Shown in pieces: positions 49,941 to 59,184 of a stretch of 64,000 nucleotides of DNA (position 1 is the first letter of the stretch; each line of letters starts with the position of its first letter). Under the pieces are notes generated by a model, which had not been told where the DNA came from, made no database searches, and worked only from the letters and a program-made list of their open reading frames with translations. Position numbers and translations under genes: made by a program. The stretch is taken from NCBI GenBank assembly GCA_965215015.1, contig OZ244042.1:5024001-5088000 (forward strand). Reading direction: 5' to 3'. The DNA is from Candidatus Poribacteria bacterium (GTDB lineage Bacteria > Poribacteria > WGA-4E > PCPOR2b).

Positions 49941-52438
49941 AAGTCCTGATTGTCGCCAAAACCCGACTGGGCAGCGGCGTGTGTATAGGCGCAATTACAG
50001 AAGAGGGTGAAAGTGTGCGGCTCATCCCGTTCAACGAAGATTCGCATGACAGAGCGAATCGAGAATACGAGATTGGAGATGTTTGGGAGATTGCCTCGAG
50101 ACCAGAGACGTCTCTGATCCCGCCCCATAACGAAGACATTAGGGTTCGTGAAAAGCGGTATCTTTACCTCGCAAGCGCGAGCGAGTTGGAAGGGGCTATT
50201 GAACGCTTCATGCCGCCGAAAATCGGGGGGCCAACCGTGCTTTATGAGGGCTTGTTGCAATCGACAGGAAGTGGTGCCCTCTACATTGCCAAGCAGAATG
50301 ATATCCCACCGTACAGCACGACGTTTTGGCGACCGGATCAGCCGCTCAGTCGTGATACGGAAGGAAAGCGCGTGCGGTATCGCTATCCTACCAACAATGG
50401 CGGTTCTACACTGACCTTCGTTGGTTTCCAAGAACCGCTTGAAGTCATTCCCGCAGGCACACTCATGCGTGTCTCTCTAGCACGTTGGTGGCGACCAGAA
50501 GATACGCCAGATGCAGAGGGATGCTGTTACGCACAACTTTCTGGCTGGTTTCTCGCAGAAGAACCTAAACGTCCCATTGAAGTGGAATCTCCTCGACCTC
50601 AAACGCCGCTTCAAACGCCCTTAGAAATTCTCAAAAATGTTTTTGGGCATGAGGCGTTCCGACCATTACAGGAGCAAATCATCAACCATATCTTCAACCG
50701 GCACGATGCGTTGATTGTTCTGCCGACGGGGGGGGGTAAGTCGCTTTGCTACCAGCTCCCTGCCCTTATCTTCGAGGGCGTAACCGTTGTTGTATCACCG
50801 CTGATTTCGCTTATGCAGGATCAGGTAATGCAGTTACAACAGAGGGGTATTCATGCCGCTTTTCTCAACAGCACTCTCAGCCATCCAGAATATATTGCTA
50901 CGATGCAACGTGTCAGACAGCGGGAAGTCAAGCTACTTTACGTTGCTCCTGAAACGCTCATGCGACCTGAAATTTTGTTGATGCTTGATGAATCAAATGT
51001 GGCATGTCTGGCGATTGATGAAGCTCACTGTATTTCACAGTGGGGGCACGATTTTCGTCCAGAGTATCGACAACTGGTTTCCATTCGTGAACGATTCAGG
51101 AACGCTGTCTGTGTTGCACTCACAGCTACTGCTACACAGCGAGTTCGACAGGACATCAAACAATCGCTCACAATTCAAGAGGGAAATGAGTTTATTGCCA
51201 GCTTTAACAGAGAAAATCTCTTCATCGCCGTTGAACCGAAGGTTGATTTGTCTAAGCAAACGCTGGAGTTTCTCAATGCCCACCGTCATGAATCGGGCAT
51301 CATCTACTGTCAAACGAAGAGGCGGGTTGAATCCTTGTCTCGTGAACTAGTTGAACAGGGAATTTCGGCACTCCCCTATCACGCAGACTTGGATAGCGAA
51401 ACGCGCAAGCAGAATCAGGATGCCTTTATCAACGGTGATACTCAGGTAGTAGTGGCAACAATTGCCTTCGGTATGGGGATTGATAAAGAGGATGTGCGCT
51501 TCGTGCTACATGCGGGTTTGCCAAAGGAACCTGAATCTTACTATCAGGAGATTGGGCGTGCCGGACGAGACGGAAATCAGGCAGAGTGTCTATTACTTTT
51601 TAGCTATGGCGATGTAAACACCATCCACCATTTCATCGATCAGGGCGCGCCCTCTGAGCAAGAAGGGCGATTGAAACGCTTGCAGACGCTTGTTAATTGG
51701 GCAACTTCTACAGCGTGCCGCCGCAAAGGGGTACTGGCTTATTTTGGAGAGCAATACGAGAATCACAATTGTGGGATGTGTGATAACTGCTGCCAAGCGG
51801 AAATGGACCGGGTTGATTTGACGATACCCGCTCAAAAATTTCTATCATGTGTTGTTAGGACGGGTCAGATTTTTGGGGAAGTGTATATTATCGATGTCTT
51901 GCGCGGATCAAAAGCGCAAAAGGTTATTAAGAACGGTGCCGATAAACTCTCCGTCTACGGCATCGGTACGGAGTACAGCAAAGAACAGTGGAAACGTCTG
52001 GCGTTACAATTTCTCCAATATGGTCTTCTTAATCGAGATTCACAACATGGGAGCCTGCGTTTGACGCAGAGAGGATGGGCAGTACTCAAAAGTAAAGAAC
52101 AGTTCCAAGGGGTTCCGGTGAATTCGGTAAACCACATGGCTGAAGAACCGAATACTTATGAAAAGACCGCCGAAAAATCAAACGAATACAACCATGAACT
52201 TTTCGAGCAACTTCGCGCGACCCGCAGAGAGTTAGCAGATGCTGAACATGTCCCGCCATACATTGTTTTCCAAGACAGGCCGTTACGAGAGATGGCTGCC
52301 CAATTACCACAATCGGTGGAAGCATTCATACAGATTCACGGCGTCGGTGCTGCGAAAGTTGAGAAATACGCCGATGTTTTTTTGCCTATCATTCGCGCCT
52401 ATTGCCAAGAACACGGATTGATGGACGGGAATCGGTAA
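49937..52438 (+). CDS. recQ: Dual-OB-fold domain fused to a complete RecQ helicase (helicase-Zn-RQC-HRDC)
   Basis: N-term VLIVAKTR..SGVCIGAI...VRLIP...PPHNED; then LPTGGGKS, DEAHCISQWGHDFRP, QEIGRAGRDG, CGMCDNC, PPYIVF HRDC; ATGA coupling to the DUF488 gene. Confidence 0.88.
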   Translation: MKVLIVAKTRLGSGVCIGAITEEGESVRLIPFNEDSHDRANREYEIGDVWEIASRPETSLIPPHNEDIRVREKRYLYLASASELEGAIERFMPPKIGGPTVLYEGLLQSTGSGALYIAKQNDIPPYSTTFWRPDQPLSRDTEGKRVRYRYPTNNGGSTLTFVGFQEPLEVIPAGTLMRVSLARWWRPEDTPDAEGCCYAQLSGWFLAEEPKRPIEVESPRPQTPLQTPLEILKNVFGHEAFRPLQEQIINHIFNRHDALIVLPTGGGKSLCYQLPALIFEGVTVVVSPLISLMQDQVMQLQQRGIHAAFLNSTLSHPEYIATMQRVRQREVKLLYVAPETLMRPEILLMLDESNVACLAIDEAHCISQWGHDFRPEYRQLVSIRERFRNAVCVALTATATQRVRQDIKQSLTIQEGNEFIASFNRENLFIAVEPKVDLSKQTLEFLNAHRHESGIIYCQTKRRVESLSRELVEQGISALPYHADLDSETRKQNQDAFINGDTQVVVATIAFGMGIDKEDVRFVLHAGLPKEPESYYQEIGRAGRDGNQAECLLLFSYGDVNTIHHFIDQGAPSEQEGRLKRLQTLVNWATSTACRRKGVLAYFGEQYENHNCGMCDNCCQAEMDRVDLTIPAQKFLSCVVRTGQIFGEVYIIDVLRGSKAQKVIKNGADKLSVYGIGTEYSKEQWKRLALQFLQYGLLNRDSQHGSLRLTQRGWAVLKSKEQFQGVPVNSVNHMAEEPNTYEKTAEKSNEYNHELFEQLRATRRELADAEHVPPYIVFQDRPLREMAAQLPQSVEAFIQIHGVGAAKVEKYADVFLPIIRAYCQEHGLMDGNR

Positions 52439-52679
52439 GAGATGCTAGTGGTCACCAACGGAAAGCGGAAATGCTTTAGTGCCTTCCATGCTGCATCGGC
52501 TTGCCGGAACGTAAGGAAAGTGTGCATCAGTCGATATCCGTCCTTTCGGATTGGGCAAGCCGGAGGTAATCGTCGGTTCGGCCGGATTGAAAATACAGCT
52601 CAAGCAGGAGCCTAACAAGTGTAGTGAGTAGAGGTTCAAGAGAGAATGCTGTCCGGAGCGTGAATGTAGGTCAACAGGG

Positions 52680-52745
52680 GCGAGGCAGGCAATATGTTTA
52701 CAATCTCCTCCCCAGTCGTATGGGCAAGAACAGCGGTAGCGTCCG
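52680..52745 (-). pseudogene. SWIM zinc-finger gene fragment
   Basis: RCSCPYDWGGDCKHIA motif with no plausible start or continuation. Confidence 0.55.
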
Positions 52746-52773
52746 AAGTGGACGTTTTGGGAACATGACGTGT

Positions 52774-53868
52774 TCACTCCCAACCGAAGGTAGTGCGTAC
52801 GTATTGATGAGATGCCTGCCGGAGACCATACCACCTATCCTTTCCCCAAATTTCTAGGGGCAGGCTTGAATGCCCTGTGTCTTCCTTCAATTCCGCTTGG
52901 ATAAGCCGCTGGGCTTCTCGCGAAGCACCACACAGCACAATAGCCCGTGCTTCAATACCACCGAGTTGCCTCATCCGTAAAATAGCCTCCATCCCTTTTT
53001 GTTTCACCACGGCATGTTCATAAGCAAGGGTGCACGAAATGACAACAATTTCGTACCCCAGTACTGCAACCACGTCAAGTTCAAAAGGTTTAACGCTTGC
53101 GTCTGTCGCGCCGGCTCGCCGCACAAACACCCTGTGGAAAAGTTTATAGTTCTGTCGATCTGGGCTCCGCCGAGAAATATCTGTCAAGGCATACTGAAAA
53201 GCGTCATACGCACCGTATTCAAAAAAGTTGGGGGTGAGAGTCCAATCGTTCCTCAGGGCCGCAAAACCTTTAGCCAACTGTTGTTCGCTGAGGGTTCCGG
53301 GGGCCGGGCAGTCTTTCGTCTGATTGTTACCCGAATCATCCCAGTATTCGTAAGAAAACGGACCGATTTCAAAGCCGTTGAGTTCGGCAATGCGACGCAG
53401 ACATGGCTCGACTCCCTTCCGGGTATCTGAGACTAAGGCATTTCCCGCCCGGTCCATGAGGGCCGCGCCTGAGTCAGCCCGTGCATCTAGATAGGAGGTT
53501 TCTAAGTCAATAGTTGTCGATAAAGCGGCTTTAACAACTTCTGCAGCTGCAACAGTTTCAACGCACATTACCTTGGTGCCGCCGGTGTAGTGCACATGAA
53601 TGCGATTGGTATTGGCAGGTAGGTTGTTCTTGAGATTCCGTGTAATGTCGTCGCGTACAGTGGATGGGTTCCCAGACACCGTTTCAACAGCATCAATAGA
53701 AAACGCGTTGCGGCAATACTGCAGCAACCGGTCCCGCTCCGCCTTTGTTTCCTCCGTATGCACAAGTCGTACATGAATTGGATGGGGCAGGTTATCTTTC
53801 AAATGATGCAGTGCCACCCAGACAGGTAGCGGATTGGTTCCAACGGTAAGAATAAGGAGTGTTCCCAT
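52774..53868 (-). CDS. CARF + PD-(D/E)xK nuclease effector (Card1/Can2, DUF1887-like)
   Basis: LTVGTNPLP and HYTGGTK CARF motifs; FELDVVAV.GY..VVISCT nuclease core; QLGG.EAR. Confidence 0.8.
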   Translation of the reverse strand: MGTLLILTVGTNPLPVWVALHHLKDNLPHPIHVRLVHTEETKAERDRLLQYCRNAFSIDAVETVSGNPSTVRDDITRNLKNNLPANTNRIHVHYTGGTKVMCVETVAAAEVVKAALSTTIDLETSYLDARADSGAALMDRAGNALVSDTRKGVEPCLRRIAELNGFEIGPFSYEYWDDSGNNQTKDCPAPGTLSEQQLAKGFAALRNDWTLTPNFFEYGAYDAFQYALTDISRRSPDRQNYKLFHRVFVRRAGATDASVKPFELDVVAVLGYEIVVISCTLAYEHAVVKQKGMEAILRMRQLGGIEARAIVLCGASREAQRLIQAELKEDTGHSSLPLEIWGKDRWYGLRQASHQYVRTTFGWE

Positions 53869-54038
53869 AACGGCAGTTTCTCCGTTTTTTTTCAAGACGG
53901 TCAACAAATGCTTGCCGGCCGCGGAAAATGTTGCTTTTGTATTGCGGCATCTTTAGAGGTTCTTGGGTGGTTTAGGTGAAGGGTAACGAGCGAAGCGGAA
54001 GTTTCGGAACATAGGAGGAGTTAGGGTTTTATTTTTTT

Positions 54039-55298
54039 CTATGTCAATGTCCTACCAACGAGCCTGTCAAGATCTGTCAGAATACCTTGGACCTCGCAAA
54101 TATCTGCTTTTGCCGAACTTTTAATTGACCGACCTCGCAGATTCCGGATTGGCATTCCGCAATGAGCGAGTTCATTTCTCAGATTTCTCGCCCGCTCCCA
54201 CAACTGTAGACACCAACTCCTTTCTGGAAAATTCCCACCCCCTAAAATAGCAAAAGGATTACCTTCTGATTTGGCATTGACCCAAAGATTGAGGTCCTTT
54301 TCAGTCTTTTCACGATCACTACTCTTCAACCAATCACGTTCAAGTTGAACGCAAGTCCATGAAATGAGCCATTCCCGGGTTAAGGTAACGGCTTGTAGAT
54401 ATTGTTGATTCTCAGCGTACCATTGAATCTGTTTGTGCTGCTTCCGGAGACTTTCACAGTCATTGTTTGGATACGTCGGATTCTGAAGGGCAAGCGGTTG
54501 GTAGGAGGCTTGGATTTGTTCGATAAGTGTATAGAAAGGTTGAACCCAGGTCGCAACATTACTTTCCGCTCCAGCAAGAGAATTAGACAAATCTACCGCC
54601 GCTTTTTGAACCTCCAACGTTCGATTTGTCATCAACGCTTCTGAGAGTTTTTCTAATATTCCTGACACCCTCAATAGACCAATTGCTATTCTCTCTTCAT
54701 GGAGCTGTTTCTGAGTGTTACTCAATAATTCTGCAATCGGGCGAGCATCCCCGGTCCGTTGGAACATTGTCACAGCTCCAAGCCAGTCAAGCAAGCTGAC
54801 GAATGGAGTTAGATCAAAGACTGGCTTTTTTGGATTACTTCGTTCTACTGCCTCATAAGCCCCATAGATGACTCGTTTAATCTCCACGCCACTTTTGACA
54901 TTACGAACGTAGGCAAGGGCGAGAAATGTCAAAAACGGAAGTGAACGGAAACCATGTGTGATATCGAAAAGCACCCTGTCATTATCCTGAATCTTGTCAA
55001 CAACGATATTGAAGATTTTCCACAGTTCCGTTTCGTCTGCTCCTTCTGGAATTGAAACAGGAACCACTTCCGTTCGTTTACCCAGTAATTCACTCAGAAA
55101 TGCCAACCGTCCGGTCGAAATCTTATCTGAAACGGGTTCCTGTGCTGCCAAATCGGTAGTGAACATATACAACAATTCTGGCTCGAAAAATTCGACAATC
55201 GCTTCAGCAAAAAACCGAGTTTTGCACGACTCCCTTCCTTCAAAGGTGTAGATACTTTCGTAAAGGGGGCCAATTCCTAGGAATGTGAAGGCTTTCAT
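54039..55298 (-). CDS. csx1: Csx1 (TM1812/TIGR02221 type) CARF-HEPN ribonuclease
   Basis: FTFLG, FDITHGFRSLP (DxTHG), RNELAH HEPN motif; AAGGAG RBS. Confidence 0.9.
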   Translation of the reverse strand: MKAFTFLGIGPLYESIYTFEGRESCKTRFFAEAIVEFFEPELLYMFTTDLAAQEPVSDKISTGRLAFLSELLGKRTEVVPVSIPEGADETELWKIFNIVVDKIQDNDRVLFDITHGFRSLPFLTFLALAYVRNVKSGVEIKRVIYGAYEAVERSNPKKPVFDLTPFVSLLDWLGAVTMFQRTGDARPIAELLSNTQKQLHEERIAIGLLRVSGILEKLSEALMTNRTLEVQKAAVDLSNSLAGAESNVATWVQPFYTLIEQIQASYQPLALQNPTYPNNDCESLRKQHKQIQWYAENQQYLQAVTLTREWLISWTCVQLERDWLKSSDREKTEKDLNLWVNAKSEGNPFAILGGGNFPERSWCLQLWERARNLRNELAHCGMPIRNLRGRSIKSSAKADICEVQGILTDLDRLVGRTLT

Positions 55299-55396
55299 GC
55301 AAGTTGGCTCCTTGAAAACTTCATAATAGTTTCCGTTATCCAAACGCTGAGCTATAGAATCACCTTGCCAATTTTTCCTGTTCCATCAACCATTCA

Positions 55397-56692
55397 TTAC
55401 CTATATTCCCAAAATGTAAGCGTTCCCTCGTCAGCGTTCGGTGTGTAATGAAAGTGTGATGGAACGACAACCGATTCAAGGTTCCCATCACTTTCTTCGA
55501 GTTGATTGGAAATCCCTATCAACTCCTCTTGTACACCCACCAATTCGTCCGATGGTAATTTTTTAAGGATTTTGCGAAATGTGGTACTGTAGGTAAGCCG
55601 TGGCAGTTCCAAAATTCTTGACGAAATCAGACTCGCTTTTAAATTATCCCAGATCCATTTTCCAAAGTCCGATACCATCGCATAATCCTCGACCGGGGTA
55701 ATCAAGGTTTCGTGGATTCCGGTTAATTGGCTCCGTTCAATAAATTCGTCTCGTGTCGCAACCTGGGCCAACTGCGCTGCACAATTTTTTACTGATGTAA
55801 TGTCAATTAACTGTGGGTCGGGATTGGATCTGTTTGGGGAGGAAAACTGTGCACAAGCCTCGTCAAGACTAATTTGCTGCGGCTTCTCGGGATCTTCTCT
55901 AGGTGGAATCTGAAAATTCTTGTCAAGTCTGAAACTGCGCGAAACTTTATTGCGAGATGCCCTGCGGAAATACCCGTATCCGACAGCGGTCTTTGCTCCC
56001 AAGCCCTTGTCTTTTAATGTTTTGTCAACCCAATCTTGGGTGGTGTCAATCAGAGCTTGTTCCTTCGCCAAGATCACAAATCGAAAAGCTGTTTGCCCAA
56101 CAGTCAAAAAGTTAATTGGGATTGGATTCTGCGTATCCGTAGGTAGCTTTGTACCTGTGTAGTAATCAGGAAAATGCGGATTCATTATATCAAGCGAAAG
56201 AGTTACATTGTCTATCGGATAAGCAGGGAGAAATTGTACATCTCCCGAGGATTCTTGGCTGCCGAAAACAGAAAGAAAATTACCGTCTTTCATTGCCAAA
56301 CTTTCCTCGTTACCGAACTTCTCCTGAATTACCCAACTCCGCACAACACCCTTAAAGGCACTTCCAGGGATATAAGGGATACCGTAGACATGGTCAAGCG
56401 TCATGTTAGTTTCCTGAACATGTTCGCCACCAAGCCCGATAATCATCCGCCAATCTACCTCGTAGAACTCACAGAAATAGCGGTAACTCTTTATCAGATA
56501 ATTAAGTTGATTCGTTTGACGATCTCGGAGATGAGCAATCGCCCTCTGTGAATCGCCAAGTTCCGTTGATTCAATTGAAAACTTAACTTTTCCATCTTCA
56601 TAATTCAAGAAATACTGATAACGGAGCGCAAAGTTTGAAATTTGATTTCGATTAACGAGGTTTCGCGTGTCAGAAGGACAATAAATTTGCAT
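55397..56692 (-). CDS. cmr6: Type III-B RAMP Cmr6 with ~190-aa C-terminal extension
   Basis: GIPYIPGSAFKG, DIMNPHF, NPIPINFL, GLGAKTAVGYG; the ORF continues 189 codons past the G-rich loop. Confidence 0.92.
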   Translation of the reverse strand: MQIYCPSDTRNLVNRNQISNFALRYQYFLNYEDGKVKFSIESTELGDSQRAIAHLRDRQTNQLNYLIKSYRYFCEFYEVDWRMIIGLGGEHVQETNMTLDHVYGIPYIPGSAFKGVVRSWVIQEKFGNEESLAMKDGNFLSVFGSQESSGDVQFLPAYPIDNVTLSLDIMNPHFPDYYTGTKLPTDTQNPIPINFLTVGQTAFRFVILAKEQALIDTTQDWVDKTLKDKGLGAKTAVGYGYFRRASRNKVSRSFRLDKNFQIPPREDPEKPQQISLDEACAQFSSPNRSNPDPQLIDITSVKNCAAQLAQVATRDEFIERSQLTGIHETLITPVEDYAMVSDFGKWIWDNLKASLISSRILELPRLTYSTTFRKILKKLPSDELVGVQEELIGISNQLEESDGNLESVVVPSHFHYTPNADEGTLTFWEYR

Positions 56693-57090
56693 CAGTTATC
56701 CCCCTCCACCTCTTTCATTAGTCCATCAACGAAACGCCGAACCCAATTCAACAATGCCAACGTCTCTATCGTAATCCGGCGATATTCGTTGGAGGACTTA
56801 CGAATGACAACCTCAACGAGTTCGCTATTTTCATCCAATTTAATTAGCTGTTTGTAGGCTAGCCATTTGCCAATCGTATCATATAATTTTGTGTTTCCGT
56901 CATCTCGCTTGTTGATGAATGCCAATGCCTGTCCAAGCCCATTGGTTTTAATTAGCACTGGCAGTTTTTTCGCACCGGATTTGTACTTTTTCTTTAGATC
57001 TCCGTTAGAATTTTGGGCTATCTCCTTAACGCGATCATAAGCGAAGGCCGCACGTCCCTGTTCAATGCCTCGGATGCTGTTTTGGTTCAT
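56692..57090 (-). CDS. cmr5: Type III-B small subunit Cmr5
   Basis: EQGRAAFAY, KKLPVLIKTNGLGQALAF, EYR..T.ETLALLNWVRRF. Confidence 0.92.
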   Translation of the reverse strand: MNQNSIRGIEQGRAAFAYDRVKEIAQNSNGDLKKKYKSGAKKLPVLIKTNGLGQALAFINKRDDGNTKLYDTIGKWLAYKQLIKLDENSELVEVVIRKSSNEYRRITIETLALLNWVRRFVDGLMKEVEGDN

Positions 57091-57100
57091 TTCTGCCTCC

Positions 57101-58075
57101 TTAATCTTCGTAAATTTTCGTCCTAACAATCCCTTTACCGATTGTTGCGTTCCCCCCCAGTTGAATTACATCTGGCAGCCCGTCTTCAAAGAATTCCATC
57201 ACCTTTTTCGACTCATCGTGCTTCTCCTCTTTCTCCTGATCTGTCAACTGGAAGATGCCTTTATCGGCACCATTTTCCTGAAAGATGGGTGTGGTTAAGG
57301 CGAGCGAGTAAAGAATCGAATCGGAGGGAAGATATTCTTCGTACCACAAAGCACCCTCTTGCACAGTTCCGGTTTCTTGGTTAATCTTGATTCGTGCGAT
57401 GACCTCCGTTGAGAGCGTGACGAAATCGCGAAAATCATCATCACTCAACACAACGAGATCTGTCCGCATTTTTTCGCGCCAATAACTGTACTCGTCATCC
57501 GCAGGTAGGACCCGTTCTGAGAGCCAATTTGCTAACTCATTTACGGTCTGATTGGTTTCAACATCAAAGGTGTACTCTTCTAGCACAATCTTTTTATCAG
57601 CGACAATAAGATTTGAGTCATCGGGGAGGCAGTTGGTGCTCGTGATGGAGTGTTGGAAGTCTGTATTACAGATTTGAAGGTCCTGTTTGAACCGCTCAAG
57701 CACAGCAGGGCAGGTTATCCACCCAAAGACACCCGCAACTGACTTGACAGGAAAAAGCAGCAAGCGAGCATCGGTAAATCCTAAGGCCCCTGCGTACAGA
57801 TCGCCTTGCTCAGGGCCAAACGTTAAACTAATAGCTTCCTTGTAGTTTTCATCCTTTTCAGAAGTGATGTTCCAGCCGCGTTCAAGCTGTGCCAAATTGG
57901 GCTGGGTGCTGAAAACTTCCCGAATCCCACCCTTGATGCCAGATGCCTCGATCTTGGGATAGTCCGTATGTTTTTCGCGTTGGATCGGCAAATCAACGAT
58001 GCCGAGATCGCTACCACTTCCCGCGTGCAGTGATGTTTCAACGATTAAAAACATAGGCTTTGCGGATTTGAACAT
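57101..58075 (-). CDS. cmr4: Type III-B RAMP Cmr4
   Basis: LHAGSG...VDLPIQRE (catalytic Asp present), DARLLLFPV, GALWYEEYLP, QLGGNATIGKG. Confidence 0.95.
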   Translation of the reverse strand: MFKSAKPMFLIVETSLHAGSGSDLGIVDLPIQREKHTDYPKIEASGIKGGIREVFSTQPNLAQLERGWNITSEKDENYKEAISLTFGPEQGDLYAGALGFTDARLLLFPVKSVAGVFGWITCPAVLERFKQDLQICNTDFQHSITSTNCLPDDSNLIVADKKIVLEEYTFDVETNQTVNELANWLSERVLPADDEYSYWREKMRTDLVVLSDDDFRDFVTLSTEVIARIKINQETGTVQEGALWYEEYLPSDSILYSLALTTPIFQENGADKGIFQLTDQEKEEKHDESKKVMEFFEDGLPDVIQLGGNATIGKGIVRTKIYED

Positions 58076-58092
58076 AATGGTCTCCTTCATCA

Positions 58093-59184
58093 CTATTTTG
58101 ACACTGCGCCAACGTATGCAAGCCCAAACCCCTCCTGTGTACGTTGGTCGCCAATGTTTTTGTAATGCAAACAATCTAAAATTGCATCGGTTTTTTCGTC
58201 GTTGATCAACCGAAAATAGTAAACACTCCCAGCAGGTACCGCGCGATACGCCTGTTTGGGACGGCGGTGTGCAACATCCCAACCCCCAATAGTCACGTAA
58301 TTCCCTACCGCGGCAGTAATTAACTCAATATCCCCGTAAAAACACTCAGGCAACCAACCATCATTAAAAATCGCATGGGTTGCTAAATAGAGTTTGAATT
58401 TTCCAGAGTCACGCACCATGTCTCGGATTGTGGAACGGTCATCAACCGAAATCGGGTCAGGCTTCTGGGAAGCTACCTCGTAGGTAAAACCTTTGCCCTC
58501 GCCGCCAAGTTTTATCAGTCCACTTTTAGGAAGCCGATCAATTCCATCAACATCAACGACAAATCCGAATTCCGAATTGCGGAAGCGTTTCAGGTTAATT
58601 CGATAAAGCATACTTTCGTCAGTTGCCAGCGTTCTGTGGCTTCGGGCGATACCCACCTTCGGTTCATCCATGATAAAACTCGACTCTTCTGATGTTAGGC
58701 CCGAAGTTTCACCGAGCAGATATTTCCGCAAGTTATCGTACGAGATATAGCCACCTGCATGTTCAACCTGCATTTCGGAATTGTCCCATGTCAGGAGGGT
58801 GGACAATTTGGAACTTGAAGGAAACGTGTCGTGCTGTGATTCGATCGATAGCGGATATAGTATCGCGTTTCCCGATTTCTTTTCGGATACCAAGTCGCGT
58901 GGGGTTGGATAGTAAAGAGGTCCATCGCCGCGTCCTAAAAACACTCCCTTGATTTGGATTGATGCACCCGCGAGCGACTGTTTTGTACCAATAATTGATT
59001 TCATCTCACCACTGGTAAACTGTGCCATATCGCCGCAGAAAGCGATATAAGCGGTTCGCAATGCACCCATTACAGTTGAAGGAAATGGAGTGTCAATTGA
59101 GTAACCCTCCGATTGCTCTCCCCGTGTAAAGGGACGGCCATCTCGGAAGAAAAAGGTATCATTCGGTTTCAGAAACAGTCTCAT
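58093..59184 (-). CDS. cmr3: Type III-B Cmr3
   Basis: P.DTFFFRDGRPF, PFPST..GALR, LGGEGK, GGWD, AVPAGSVY, GFG. Confidence 0.93.
   Translation of the reverse strand: MRLFLKPNDTFFFRDGRPFTRGEQSEGYSIDTPFPSTVMGALRTAYIAFCGDMAQFTSGEMKSIIGTKQSLAGASIQIKGVFLGRGDGPLYYPTPRDLVSEKKSGNAILYPLSIESQHDTFPSSSKLSTLLTWDNSEMQVEHAGGYISYDNLRKYLLGETSGLTSEESSFIMDEPKVGIARSHRTLATDESMLYRINLKRFRNSEFGFVVDVDGIDRLPKSGLIKLGGEGKGFTYEVASQKPDPISVDDRSTIRDMVRDSGKFKLYLATHAIFNDGWLPECFYGDIELITAAVGNYVTIGGWDVAHRRPKQAYRAVPAGSVYYFRLINDEKTDAILDCLHYKNIGDQRTQEGFGLAYVGAVSK

Noticed and set aside
49643-50431. 262-aa antisense ORF and similar shadow ORFs (e.g. 61066-61647, 40628-41218)
   Set aside because: They overlap well-supported genes and have no recognisable motifs.
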